A stretch of 64,000 nt of DNA, taken from Eubacteriales bacterium. GTDB lineage: Bacteria; Bacillota; Clostridia; Oscillospirales; SIG627. Positions 18,468 through 29,472 of this stretch are shown here, in pieces. Numbering within the stretch: position 1 is the first letter of the stretch; each line of letters starts with the position of its first letter. A program made the position numbers and the translations under genes. The notes beneath the pieces were generated by a model. That model did no database searches. It saw only the letters and a list, made by a program, of their open reading frames with translations, and was not told the origin of the DNA. The DNA is taken from contig JAZOVP010000117.1 of NCBI GenBank assembly GCA_045658765.1, positions 35,303 to 99,302 on the forward strand, read 5' to 3'.

Positions 18468-18665
18468 TTAGGAAGTGAAGATCACGCCATTTTCTTCTAA
18501 AAGGCGCTTTGCTTCATCGGGCGAGGCGGCGCTGATTTCAAGCCCATAGGCGCATCCGCGCGATCCCTGCCGGGTAAGGCGGGCGCGGATGTTGTGGTCC
18601 TCCAAAACCCGTTGCCCTTTTTGAGCATAGGTAACGGAGGGAAAACGGATGATAAAATTTTGCAT
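18468..18665 (-). CDS. DUF3343 domain protein (putative S/Se carrier-like)
   Basis: 65 aa, MQNFIIRFPSVTYAQKGQRVLEDHNIRARL...GCAYGLEI. AAGGAG RBS before the ATG at 18665. The tracked ORF begins at an upstream TTG. Confidence 0.7.
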   Translation of the reverse strand: MQNFIIRFPSVTYAQKGQRVLEDHNIRARLTRQGSRGCAYGLEISAASPDEAKRLLEENGVIFTS

Positions 18666-18909
18666 GGCAACTCCTTGCAAAAGATCTCCTCCCCCTTTTC
18701 ATCTTATGCAAAAAGGCAAATTTCGTTCCGCGGAAAGGGGCATCTTGCTTTTTTAGGAAAAATGCCGAAAAAAGAAAAGAAAAAATGGGGAAAATTTCTC
18801 TTTACAGAACGGGGTTTTTTATGCTACAATATAATGAACATAGTTATACGGGAAAAATTCCCTTTCCGGTAACTGCTTTTTGATTTGTTTTTGCGAAAGG
18901 AGACAATCA

Positions 18910-20079
18910 ATGAAACTCATTAGAATCCTTTTGGCGGCAGTTCTTCTGCTTTCCATGCTGCTTCCTCTTGCTTCCTGCGAGCCCGCGGCTGAAGAGCCCG
19001 TGGTTTCGGTGGAAACCAAAACCGAGGAAGAAGTGAATGCCGAGGAAGGCAACGATATGCCTTTGACTGAATTCACCGCTTTGGAAATGAAAGATTCGAT
19101 CAAACTTCTGGGCGGCAGAACCGGCTATAATGCCGATGGCGAGCTTGTGGCTGAATGGAGCGGCTCCGGATTTGAAGCAAATATCAAAGTAAATAAAGAA
19201 GGCACCGATCTTCGCATGGGTCTTCGCGCCAACTACGCTGCGCGCTGGATGATCTATGTGGACGGTGAAGCTTGGGGCGAAAGAGTTGCCACCTCCACCG
19301 GCAACAGAAAAACCATCATCGCCAAAGGAATCCCTGCGGGTGAGCATACCATCCGCATCGTGAAGGATTCCCAGCCCGGCACCAACCGAAACAACTATAA
19401 CTCCATCCTTTCTTTTGCCTTCAACGGCGAATTCATGGCTCCTCCTGCCGAAAAGGATTTGTATCTTGAATTCATCGGTGATGGCTATATGGTTGGTTTT
19501 GGCGCTCTTGGTAAGGGTTCCAATTCTTCCAATACCAAAATCGTGGATGAAACCAGCTTTACCGTGGCTCTTCCTTATCTTACCGCCGAAGCCATGGATG
19601 CGGATTACTGCATTGCGGCTCATTCCGAAATTGGCTTTAAAAAGAAAGCGGGCGCTTATGCTATGGCAGGCCTTTATGCCAATCAGTTTGCATATCGCGA
19701 TCTGACCAATCGCTATAAGCCCACCCGTACTCCCGATGCCATTGTGATCCATGTTGGCATGGAAGACACGCTTAGCAGCATCCCGATGGGCGAATTCATG
19801 GTAACCGGCGAAAACTTTATCAAAACCGTTCGCGCTTATTACGGCAAGGATGTTCCTGTGGTTTGGCTTTACAACACCGTTTACCACACGGTGAGAGCCG
19901 GCGAAATCGATGCGCTTGCCAAAATGATGGGCGGTGCGGATGCAGGTGTATATGCACTTGCGGTGCATTACGATGCAAACGGCTCCGGTACTTCCGGTTC
20001 CACTCGTCATTCCAGCCCCGAAGGCCATCAGAAGAGCACAGAAATCCTCGTTGATTTCTTGAAGGACATTGTGAAATAA
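18910..20079 (+). CDS. lipoprotein with a CE2-like beta-sandwich and an SGNH-hydrolase-like domain
   Basis: Signal peptide with lipobox MKLIRILLAAVLLLSMLLPLASC. The SGNH block I reads IGDGYM instead of GDS. GAAAGGAG RBS. Confidence 0.65.
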   Translation: MKLIRILLAAVLLLSMLLPLASCEPAAEEPVVSVETKTEEEVNAEEGNDMPLTEFTALEMKDSIKLLGGRTGYNADGELVAEWSGSGFEANIKVNKEGTDLRMGLRANYAARWMIYVDGEAWGERVATSTGNRKTIIAKGIPAGEHTIRIVKDSQPGTNRNNYNSILSFAFNGEFMAPPAEKDLYLEFIGDGYMVGFGALGKGSNSSNTKIVDETSFTVALPYLTAEAMDADYCIAAHSEIGFKKKAGAYAMAGLYANQFAYRDLTNRYKPTRTPDAIVIHVGMEDTLSSIPMGEFMVTGENFIKTVRAYYGKDVPVVWLYNTVYHTVRAGEIDALAKMMGGADAGVYALAVHYDANGSGTSGSTRHSSPEGHQKSTEILVDFLKDIVK

Positions 20080-20091
20080 AAAGCAAAAAAG

Positions 20092-20130
20092 AAAATACCC
20101 TTTCCGATTTTCGGAAAGGGTATTTTTTTC
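20092..20130 (+). terminator. intrinsic terminator
   Basis: 14-bp stem aataccctttccga/tcggaaagggtatt followed by a T7 run. Confidence 0.85.
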
Positions 20131-20148
20131 GGCATATCAGTTTGTTTC

Positions 20149-20177
20149 TTTACTTTTTTTATTTTTTGTGTTAGAAT
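20149..20177 (+). promoter_or_regulatory. candidate promoter giving a leaderless dusB mRNA
   Basis: TTTACT, 17 nt, TGtTAGAAT (extended -10). The ATG at 20184 begins 7 nt after the -10 and has no RBS. Confidence 0.4.
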
Positions 20178-20183
20178 TTTTTT

Positions 20184-21116
20184 ATGAAAGAAAATTTGGT
20201 ACCGCTCTTTCTTGCGCCGATGGCGGGCGCGGGGGATCGAGCGTTTCGCGAAACTTGCGCCGAATTCGGGGTGGATTTTTTCTGCACGGAAATGATTTCG
20301 GCAAAGGCGGTTCATTTTGGAGACCGCAAAACCGCCATGCTCGCCGAAACCGGCGAAAAAGAAAGCCCCATCGCCTTGCAGCTTTTTGGCTCGGATGCCA
20401 AGATTATGGCAGAAGCGGCGGTAACCCTCGAGGAAAAAGCCCGCTTTGATTGGGTGGATCTGAATTTTGGTTGCCCTGTTCCAAAGATCGTTGGGAATGG
20501 GGAGGGAAGCGCGCTGATGCGCGATCCCAAAAAAATTTATGAAATCGTGAGCGCAGTGGTGAGCGCTTCCCAAAAGCCCGTTTCGGTGAAAATTCGCGCG
20601 GGCTGGGATGAAAACGAAGCCACTGCGGTAAAAGTTGCCTGTTTTTGCGAAAAGGCGGGCGCGAAACGAATTGCTGTGCACGGAAGATTTCGATGCGATT
20701 TTTATCGCGATGGCACTCTGCACCCCGAAATCATTCGCGAAGTGAAAAAGGCGGTTTCGATTCCTGTGATTGCAAATGGCGATATCCGCGATGGAGAAAG
20801 CGCCATTCGCCTATTGGAAGAAACCGAATGCGATGGCCTCATGATCGGTCGCGGTGCGATTGGCTCGCCTTGGGTGTTTGCCGAGGTGCATGCGGCGCTG
20901 GAGGGAAAAGCTTCTCCCGAAATTGATCGAAAAGCCGTGATCAGAAGGCATATTGAGCGCGCCTTTTCTTATAAGCCCGATTCTGCGGGAAGGGAAATGC
21001 GAATGCACATGGCGCAGTATTTAAAAGGATTCCGCGGTGCGGCATCGCTCCGCGATCGCGCAAGCCACGCATCCGAGATGAAAGATTATTTGGATTTGAT
21101 TGCACTGTTGCCTTAA
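20184..21116 (+). CDS. dusB: tRNA-dihydrouridine synthase
   Basis: 310 aa. LAPMAGAGDRAFR...NFGCP...KIR...HGR motifs of the Dus family. Confidence 0.85.
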   Translation: MKENLVPLFLAPMAGAGDRAFRETCAEFGVDFFCTEMISAKAVHFGDRKTAMLAETGEKESPIALQLFGSDAKIMAEAAVTLEEKARFDWVDLNFGCPVPKIVGNGEGSALMRDPKKIYEIVSAVVSASQKPVSVKIRAGWDENEATAVKVACFCEKAGAKRIAVHGRFRCDFYRDGTLHPEIIREVKKAVSIPVIANGDIRDGESAIRLLEETECDGLMIGRGAIGSPWVFAEVHAALEGKASPEIDRKAVIRRHIERAFSYKPDSAGREMRMHMAQYLKGFRGAASLRDRASHASEMKDYLDLIALLP

Positions 21117-21148
21117 AAAAAGAACCCTCAAAAGAGGGTTCTTTTTAT
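21115..21148. terminator. bidirectional intrinsic terminator
   Basis: Stem agaaccctc/gagggttct with loop aaaa, flanked by A- and T-runs. Lies between dusB and convergent dnaJ. Confidence 0.8.
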
Positions 21149-22293
21149 TATTTGAATAAATTTTTCAGTTTTTCACCAAAGCTTTGCTTGCTCGAAAGAT
21201 TGGTGGAATTGCAACTTTCTTCAAATTTTTTCAAAAGATCTTTTTGGCCGGAAGAAAGATTTTTGGGAACTTCCACCTGAACGGTGAAGTAAAGATTTCC
21301 TCTGCGGCTGGTGCGAATGATCGGGATGCCGCGCTGTTTTAAGGTGAATTGGGTGCCCGTTTGGGTGCCCTCGGGAATCTTAAACGCTTCTTTCCCTTCT
21401 AAAGTGGGGATCTGAATTTCTCCGCCGAGTGCCGCTTCGGCAAAGGAAATGGGCACTTCGCAGAAAATATCATAGCCGCGTCTGGTGAAGATGGGATGGG
21501 GACGGATATTGATTTCCACAATCAGATCGCCCGCTTCGCCGCCGCGTCTGCCGGCATTGCCCTGACCGCGAAGAAGGATTCTTTCTCCTTCGCCGATGCC
21601 TGCGGGAATATTGGAATCGAATTTTTTGTTTTTGCGTTCCACTCCGTTTCCGCGACAGGTTTTACAAGGATTTTTGATGATCTTTCCGCTTCCTCCGCAA
21701 ACATCGCACGGATGGGCGCTTTGCATCATACCAAGCATGGTACGGTGTTGAGTTAGAATTTGACCCGATCCGCCGCATTTTGCGCAGGTTTGGGGATGGG
21801 TGCCCGGTTCCGCGCCGCTTCCCGAGCAGCTTGAGCAGGTTTCCGTTCTGGGGAAACTGATCGTTTTTTTGCATCCGAAAGCCGCTTCTTCAAAGGAAAT
21901 CACGATGCGGGTGAGAATATCATCTCCGCGAATGGGGCCGTTTCTTCGTGCAGAGGTGCCCCCGCTGCCGAAGAAAGAGGAGAAAATATCGCCCATATCG
22001 AATTCCATACCGCCGCCAAATCCGCCGAAGCCGCCAAAGCCACCGCCGCCCGCTCCGAAATTCGGATCCACGCCTGCATGACCGAATTGATCATAGCGGC
22101 TCTTTTTCTCTTCATCGGAAAGCACGGAATATGCTTCATTTACTTCTTTGAATTTCACTTCGGCTTCCCCGTCGCCGGGGTTCATGTCGGGGTGGTATTT
22201 TTTTGCAAGCTTGCGGTATGCTTTTTTGATCTCATCGTCGCTTGCGCCTTTGGAAAGGCCGAGGACCTCGTAAAAATCACGCTTATCTGCCAT
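21148..22293 (-). CDS. dnaJ: molecular chaperone DnaJ
   Basis: 381 aa. J-domain ([10 protein letters not shown]), G/F-rich linker, four CxxCxGxG zinc motifs. Confidence 0.95.
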   Translation of the reverse strand: MADKRDFYEVLGLSKGASDDEIKKAYRKLAKKYHPDMNPGDGEAEVKFKEVNEAYSVLSDEEKKSRYDQFGHAGVDPNFGAGGGGFGGFGGFGGGMEFDMGDIFSSFFGSGGTSARRNGPIRGDDILTRIVISFEEAAFGCKKTISFPRTETCSSCSGSGAEPGTHPQTCAKCGGSGQILTQHRTMLGMMQSAHPCDVCGGSGKIIKNPCKTCRGNGVERKNKKFDSNIPAGIGEGERILLRGQGNAGRRGGEAGDLIVEINIRPHPIFTRRGYDIFCEVPISFAEAALGGEIQIPTLEGKEAFKIPEGTQTGTQFTLKQRGIPIIRTSRRGNLYFTVQVEVPKNLSSGQKDLLKKFEESCNSTNLSSKQSFGEKLKNLFK

Positions 22294-22351
22294 AGTTTAT
22301 CCTTATGTTAAAGTGAGGTTTCCCCCAAGAAAATCTTGGGGGAAACTTTTT

Positions 22352-24223
<1,872 letters not shown>

Positions 24224-24238
24224 TTATTGTTTCGGCAT

Positions 24239-24787
24239 TTAGCCGGATACTTTTACCATAGCATGGCGAATTACTTTATCGCCCACCGCATAGCCCTTTT
24301 GAAGAACTTCGGTGATGATGTTTTCTTCCACGCCCTCTTTTTCCTCGCGGAAAATGGCTTCGTGGAAATTGGGGTCGAAGGCATCGCCTTCTTTTGCGAT
24401 TTCGCGGATTTCCATTCCTTCCAGAATTTCAAAGAATTGGCGAATGATCATTTCCACGCCTGTTTGATAATCTTCCGCGGAGCTGAATTTTTGCGCGCGC
24501 TCGAAATTATCGAATACAGGAAGGAGCTTTTTGATCAGATCGCTCTTGGAAGCAAAATAAATTTCGTCTTTCTCGCGAGCGCTTCTTTTTTTGAAATTGT
24601 CGTACTCGGCGAGGGTGCGGAGAAAGCGATCTTCGGTTTCGGCAATTTTTGCCTTTGCCGCTTCCAGATCTTCTTCGAGTTGTTTGATCTGAATTTCAGC
24701 TTCTCTGGCCAAATCGGCTTTCGCTTCGTTTTTTTTCTTTGCGGTTGCGTTTTCGGTTTCGTCGCGCATATCTTTTGTTTTTGTCAT
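24239..24787 (-). CDS. grpE: nucleotide exchange factor GrpE
   Basis: 182 aa. Coiled-coil N-terminus, then RTLAEYDNFKKR and a C-terminal beta domain. Confidence 0.9.
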   Translation of the reverse strand: MTKTKDMRDETENATAKKKNEAKADLAREAEIQIKQLEEDLEAAKAKIAETEDRFLRTLAEYDNFKKRSAREKDEIYFASKSDLIKKLLPVFDNFERAQKFSSAEDYQTGVEMIIRQFFEILEGMEIREIAKEGDAFDPNFHEAIFREEKEGVEENIITEVLQKGYAVGDKVIRHAMVKVSG

Positions 24788-24788
24788 A

Positions 24789-25838
24789 TCAATTTTCCTT
24801 TGGTTCGATCAAGGGAAGCGCGGATTCAAAGCCGTGCACCGCTTGGATTTCTTTTGCAAGGTACTGAAGTCTTGCCATTGCTTTTGCATAATTCATTCGC
24901 TTGGGGCCGAGAATGCAAACGGCACCGTGCATTCCGCTTTTCAGGCGGAAGGGGCAGATCACATGGCTTGCGGAGGAAAGCCCTTTTTCTCCTCTGCCGA
25001 TATGAACGCGAAGATGCGAGGGAAGTTCTTTTCCGAAATATTCAAGAAGAAGGGCTTTGTTTTCCAGTTCGGAAATGATTTTTGCACTTCCGCCCCCTTC
25101 GGAAAATTCGGGATAGGAGATGAGATTTGCCATTCCCTTCACCTTGATGCTGATTTCGCCGATTTCGGCGAGGGTTTCATAAATGATCTGCAAAATAATC
25201 GGGATGATGCCGCGGTATTCGCCGAGCTCTTTTTCCATCGCGATCATTCGCTCGAGGGTGATGCTGCCGAGTTCTTTTTTTGCAAGATGGGAATTGATCC
25301 CTTCAATCAAAAAGGCAACCCGATCGGGATCCAGCGGGAAATCCACCCCGATCTGCTTTGTGATGGCTTTGCCGCTCGAGGTGATCATCACAAGAAGAAA
25401 ACTTCTTTTATTCACGAAAACGCCCTCAAAGCGCTCGATCGTGCCGCAGCTTTCTTTGGCAAATGCCACAACGGTAAGATTGGTCATTCTTGCCAAAAGC
25501 TCGGTCATATCATCGAGGATTTTGGAGTTTTCCCGCACCTTATCCGATAAAAGAGAATTCAGAAGCAGGGTTTCTTCGAAGGAAAGGGAATAGTTTTCCA
25601 TCAAGGAATCCACATAAAAGCGATAACCGCGCCCCGTGGGGATTCTGCCCGCAGAGGTATGGGGCTGCTCGAGAAGCCCAAGCTTTTCCAAATCGCTCAT
25701 TTCATTGCGGATGGTGGCGGAGGAACAAGGTTTTTTCATCTGCTCCATCACCGCCTTCGAACCCACCGGCTCGCCTGTTGTGATGAAAAGATCAATCACC
25801 TCTTTTAAGATCTCTCGTTTTCTTTCGCTAAGCTCCAT
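24789..25838 (-). CDS. hrcA: heat-inducible transcription repressor HrcA
   Basis: MELSERKREILKEVIDLFITTGEPVGSK. First gene of hrcA-grpE-dnaK-dnaJ. Start moved to the ATG at 25838, downstream of CIRCE. Confidence 0.9.
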   Translation of the reverse strand: MELSERKREILKEVIDLFITTGEPVGSKAVMEQMKKPCSSATIRNEMSDLEKLGLLEQPHTSAGRIPTGRGYRFYVDSLMENYSLSFEETLLLNSLLSDKVRENSKILDDMTELLARMTNLTVVAFAKESCGTIERFEGVFVNKRSFLLVMITSSGKAITKQIGVDFPLDPDRVAFLIEGINSHLAKKELGSITLERMIAMEKELGEYRGIIPIILQIIYETLAEIGEISIKVKGMANLISYPEFSEGGGSAKIISELENKALLLEYFGKELPSHLRVHIGRGEKGLSSASHVICPFRLKSGMHGAVCILGPKRMNYAKAMARLQYLAKEIQAVHGFESALPLIEPKEN

Positions 25839-25858
25839 TCTCTCACCGCCTTTGCGAT

Positions 25859-25885
25859 TTAGCACTCGAAGATAGAGAGTGCTAA
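25859..25885 (-). promoter_or_regulatory. CIRCE operator (HrcA binding site)
   Basis: TTAGCACTC-gaagataga-GAGTGCTAA. Perfect match to the TTAGCACTC-N9-GAGTGCTAA consensus. Confidence 0.92.
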
Positions 25886-25898
25886 TCTCTGTATTCAT

Positions 25899-25927
25899 AC
25901 TGTACCACGAATGGGAATCCTTGTCAA
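25899..25927 (-). promoter_or_regulatory. sigma-A promoter of the hrcA operon
   Basis: Minus strand reads TTGACA, 17 nt, TACAGT. CIRCE begins 13 nt downstream of the -10. Confidence 0.55.
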
Positions 25928-26058
25928 GGGGGTTACAAAAAATTCACAAATCCCGTATTCGATTTTTGCCCAAAATCAAAAGATTTAAGCGGCATCGACC
26001 AAATTTGCTCTTTTTCTTTTTTTCCTTCTTATAAAATGAAGAAAAAAGGAGGAAAACG

Positions 26059-27366
26059 ATGAAACAAAGAAAAGGATTTTATTTTTTTCTCTCGGTGCTG
26101 ATTCTTTCGCTTTTTCTTCTGTTTCCGGAAGTTTTTGCAAAAGAGGTTTGTGTTTTTTGCGAATACTATAAAGATTTAGGATTTCCGAAAGACTATGCGG
26201 CATCGCTTTGCGCGATTTCAACCGAGCATCCGAATTGGGAATTTGAGCCCCTTCCGATCACCTCGCTTTCCCGCGAGATTGGGGAGGAATATGATTTTCC
26301 CACCGTTTTGGAAAAAGAAATGGAAGTGGAAGAGCGAAATCTTGTGTTTGCGGAGGAGGATTTTTGCGCTTATTGGGATCCTGCACAAAAAAGCTTTGAT
26401 TCGGGATTCTACAGTGCAAACCGAGAGGCGGTGGCATATTTTTTGGATCCGAGAAATTTTCTTTCGGAAGAGGGAGTGTTTCAATTTCTGCTCCTTTCGG
26501 GGGGAGAAGAAATTTCGGCGGAAAGTTTGGAAAAGATCCTTTCTGGCACTCCGCTTTCCGGAAAAATCCTTGCCAATCAAAAGAGTGTGGCAGAGGAGCT
26601 TATCTTTTTGGGAAAAGAATGGAATGTGAGCCCCTTTCATCTTGCGGTGCGGCTTCGGCAGGAGCAAGGAGAGCGAGGGAATGTGCTACTTTCGGGGCAG
26701 GCGGGCAGCTTTTTGAAAGGAATCGGAAAAGATGGCGAAGGGCTTGATGGATATTTTAATCCTTTTAATATTGCCGCTTCCGGAAATTCCGAAGGCCAAA
26801 TTTATGATTCGGGGGCTCGCTTTGCCAAAAAAGAGGGATGGAATTCCCTTGAAAAAGCGCTTGCGGGCGGCGCAGAATATCTTGCGGTAAAATATGTGCT
26901 TTGTTATCAAAACACGCTTTATTTGCAAAAATGGAATGTGGATGCGCGCTCCCGCGAGGAGGGCGGGAGCCGCAATTTTTGGGGGCAGTATATGCAAAAC
27001 ATCGGCGGCGCAAAAACCGAAGCCGATGCGGTTTATCGCGCTTTTTCGGAAGCGGGGCTTTTGGAGGAGAATTTGCATTTTCTGATTCCCGTATATGAAA
27101 AGATGCCCGAGGAGCGCAGTGCGGATCCTGCGGGGGGCGATTGCGCGGTGTTTTCCTCTTTGCCGGCAGAAAATTTGCATCATGCGATTCCCGCCGCGAT
27201 GAGCGCCTTTTCCGAGGAACCGATTCGGAAAACAAAGGCGCTTACCTTTGAAAAAAAGGAGAAAGATTCCTTTTTTCTTGCATTTCTTTTGGGATGCTTT
27301 TTGCCGATGATTTTGATTTTCTGCGGGAGAAAAGCCGCTTTCTTGGCTAAGCGAAGCCAAAAATGA
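26059..27366 (+). CDS. secreted/anchored glucosaminidase-like cell-wall hydrolase (tentative)
   Basis: 435 aa. N-terminal signal peptide and a C-terminal TM segment with a basic tail. The central region (YFNPFNIAASG...ARFAKKEGWNSLEKALAGGAEYLAVKY...YLQKWNV) resembles mannosyl-glycoprotein endo-beta-N-acetylglucosaminidase domains. Confidence 0.5.
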   Translation: MKQRKGFYFFLSVLILSLFLLFPEVFAKEVCVFCEYYKDLGFPKDYAASLCAISTEHPNWEFEPLPITSLSREIGEEYDFPTVLEKEMEVEERNLVFAEEDFCAYWDPAQKSFDSGFYSANREAVAYFLDPRNFLSEEGVFQFLLLSGGEEISAESLEKILSGTPLSGKILANQKSVAEELIFLGKEWNVSPFHLAVRLRQEQGERGNVLLSGQAGSFLKGIGKDGEGLDGYFNPFNIAASGNSEGQIYDSGARFAKKEGWNSLEKALAGGAEYLAVKYVLCYQNTLYLQKWNVDARSREEGGSRNFWGQYMQNIGGAKTEADAVYRAFSEAGLLEENLHFLIPVYEKMPEERSADPAGGDCAVFSSLPAENLHHAIPAAMSAFSEEPIRKTKALTFEKKEKDSFFLAFLLGCFLPMILIFCGRKAAFLAKRSQK

Positions 27367-27441
27367 AAGATTTTTTGGTGAAAAGAACCAAAAAAAACGA
27401 AAAAAAACGGAAAATTTCTCCGCCCACTTTGTCGAATTTTG

Positions 27442-27450
27442 TGGTATAAT
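27442..27450 (+). promoter_or_regulatory. extended -10 element (TGgTATAAT)
   Basis: Lies 50 nt upstream of the CarD-like gene start. No clear -35. Confidence 0.4.
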
Positions 27451-27500
27451 AAAGGTGCAGTAAAGAGTGTTTCACTTTGATGGAAAGGAGCAAACCACGC

Positions 27501-28007
27501 ATGGCAAAGATCGGGGATCTTGTGCGCTACGGGCAATCCGGAGTGTGTAGGATTGATGAAATCCGAACAATGAAAACAATCGATCAGGAAAAGGAGTACT
27601 TTGTGTTGACTCCTCTTTTCAAGGCGAGTTCGGTTTTGTATGTTCCTTGCGACAACGAAGATCTGACTGCCAAGATGAAAGCGCTCCTCACGGAAGAGGA
27701 AGTTTTGCCGATTGTGGAAAGTGCCGCGAAAGAGAAAGTGGAATGGATCCGCGATTTCCGCCGCCGCAGTGAACTTTCCAAAAAAGCATTGGCTTCTTCC
27801 GAACCGCTTCAGCTCCTTCTTTTGATCAAAAGCATTTATGAGCATAAAAAAGAAGAAAAAAGCGAAGCCAAACGAATCCATACCACCGATGATTATTTTC
27901 TGCGCGATGCCGAAATGCTTCTTTATTCAGAGATTGCTTTTATCACCAGAAAAGAATTTGCCGAGGTGGCCTTGGAAATCCGAAAGGCAATCGGAGTAAT
28001 TGAATAA
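27501..28007 (+). CDS. CarD/CdnL-family RNA-polymerase-binding regulator
   Basis: MAKIGDLVRYGQSGVCRIDEI...KEYFVLTPL fits the CarD_TRCF-type N-terminal domain. GGAAAGGAG RBS. Confidence 0.75.
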   Translation: MAKIGDLVRYGQSGVCRIDEIRTMKTIDQEKEYFVLTPLFKASSVLYVPCDNEDLTAKMKALLTEEEVLPIVESAAKEKVEWIRDFRRRSELSKKALASSEPLQLLLLIKSIYEHKKEEKSEAKRIHTTDDYFLRDAEMLLYSEIAFITRKEFAEVALEIRKAIGVIE

Positions 28008-28011
28008 AATA

Positions 28012-28050
28012 AAAAAAGAAAGACTTCCGCTTTTGCGGAAGTCTTTTTTA
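28012..28050. terminator. bidirectional intrinsic terminator
   Basis: 10-bp stem agacttccgc/gcggaagtct with loop tttt and A/T flanks. Confidence 0.85.
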
Positions 28051-28614
28051 GTAAAAGAGGGGAGAAAGATTTTTCCCCGCGAGGGCAGATTGGATCGCTT
28101 CGGGAATTCGATCAAAATCGCATTGAAGAGAGGCGGGCTTTTCTTTGGGGTCATCTTGCCTCATCGGCACAAAATACACCTCTTTTTTATCGAGCATGGT
28201 GCCGATGGATTTTGCCGAGCCCGAGAGGGCATCGTTTGTGGAGAGGGCGATCAGGATTTTGCCGCCGCATCGTCTATGGCTTTTTGCCGCCATGGTAACG
28301 GTGGTATCGGTGATGCCAAGCGCCATTTTGGAGAGGGTGTTTCCCGTGCAGGGGCAAATCAGAAGAAGATCGAGCATTTTCTTTGGGCCGAGAGGTTCTG
28401 CTTCGGGAATGCTTTTGATGGGATCTTTTCCTGAAATGGCTTTGATTTTTTCAAGGAGCTCTTCTTTTTCAAAAAAACGGGTGCTTGTGGTGGCAACCCG
28501 CTCGGATACGATGGGGATTATGGAGTATGTTTCGGCAAGTTTTTCCATGATAAGAAGGGATTTTTGCAGGGTGCAAAAGGAGCCCGTGAGGGCAAATCCC
28601 AAGGTGGGTTTCAT
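28048..28614 (-). CDS. dpaB: dipicolinate synthase subunit B
   Basis: 188 aa flavoprotein-like. GFALTGSFCT...ICPCTGNTLSK. Overlaps dpaA by 4 nt. Confidence 0.85.
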   Translation of the reverse strand: MKPTLGFALTGSFCTLQKSLLIMEKLAETYSIIPIVSERVATTSTRFFEKEELLEKIKAISGKDPIKSIPEAEPLGPKKMLDLLLICPCTGNTLSKMALGITDTTVTMAAKSHRRCGGKILIALSTNDALSGSAKSIGTMLDKKEVYFVPMRQDDPKEKPASLQCDFDRIPEAIQSALAGKNLSPLFY

Positions 28615-29399
28615 TTTTTACTCCTTTCCTTTTCTTCTTTTAATAAATGTTTTATGATTTGAAGAATCAGATCGGCTTCCGAAGCGGGGGAAACTTTGCC
28701 CGGAAGTGAGGGCAAGGGATGAAAGCACACGCCGCGCCGAGAAAGAATATCTTCCGAAATTCCCGAGTTGCCCGAGGCAATTTGAAAAAAGTGGCTTTTT
28801 TCTTGCAAGGTGGCAAGAAGCGAATCTGAAAAAATGGGATCGGGCACGGTGTTTACCACGCAGTCAAACATCGAAAAGCCGTGTTTGGGTGCATCGAAAA
28901 GATTGAATCCATCGGCAAGGGCCTTTTTTTGACCGCGTTCTCTTGACCAGATCCAAACTTCGCACCCGCATAGCCATAATAAATTGGCAATTTCTTTTCC
29001 GCAGTGGCCATAGCCATAGATTAAAATGCAAAGTTCGGAAAGAGCGCGATCGGTTTTTTGAATGATTTCGGCAAGGGCGCCTTCTGCAGTGGCGATGCTG
29101 TTTTTTCGGTGGTAGGGTTCAAAATCGAAAAGAGCCGAGCAGAAAAGATTCTTTTCATTTGCCTTTTCTTTGATTTTCGGGCTCATCTTTGCCATTAAAA
29201 AGATGGATTCGGGCTTTGCTTCTTCCATCAGCGAAAGAATTTCGTTTTCCTTCATTCCCATTGGCAAAAAGAAGAATGCTTTTTCTTTTTGCTCCGTTTC
29301 AAAAGAGCGAAAAATGCGCGCGCCGAGAAAAGAGAGTTCTTTTTCCACAAGATCGTATCTGGCGTCTTTCCCCAAAAGATAAAAGGTATTCAAATTCAT
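28611..29399 (-). CDS. dpaA: dipicolinate synthase subunit A
   Basis: NAD-binding GYGHCGK motif, adjacent to dpaB. The ATG at 29399 follows a GAAGGGGGA RBS. An alternative ATG at 29417 cannot be excluded. Confidence 0.8.
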   Translation of the reverse strand: MNLNTFYLLGKDARYDLVEKELSFLGARIFRSFETEQKEKAFFFLPMGMKENEILSLMEEAKPESIFLMAKMSPKIKEKANEKNLFCSALFDFEPYHRKNSIATAEGALAEIIQKTDRALSELCILIYGYGHCGKEIANLLWLCGCEVWIWSRERGQKKALADGFNLFDAPKHGFSMFDCVVNTVPDPIFSDSLLATLQEKSHFFQIASGNSGISEDILSRRGVCFHPLPSLPGKVSPASEADLILQIIKHLLKEEKERSKK

Positions 29400-29421
29400 T
29401 CCCCCTTCTGATTCCACAGTG

Positions 29422-29448
29422 TAGTGTATGCAGAAAAAAAGAGCTTGT
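29422..29448 (-). promoter_or_regulatory. candidate sigma-K-type promoter for dpaAB
   Basis: Minus strand reads AC, N16, CATAcacTA. It ends 22 nt upstream of the ATG and overlaps the upstream terminator hairpin. Confidence 0.3.
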
Positions 29449-29466
29449 TCACAAGCTCTTTTTTTG
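29433..29466 (-). terminator. intrinsic terminator of the upstream membrane-protein gene
   Basis: Stem agagctt/aagctct flanked by A7 and T7 runs. Confidence 0.7.
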
Positions 29467-29472
29467 GTGGAA

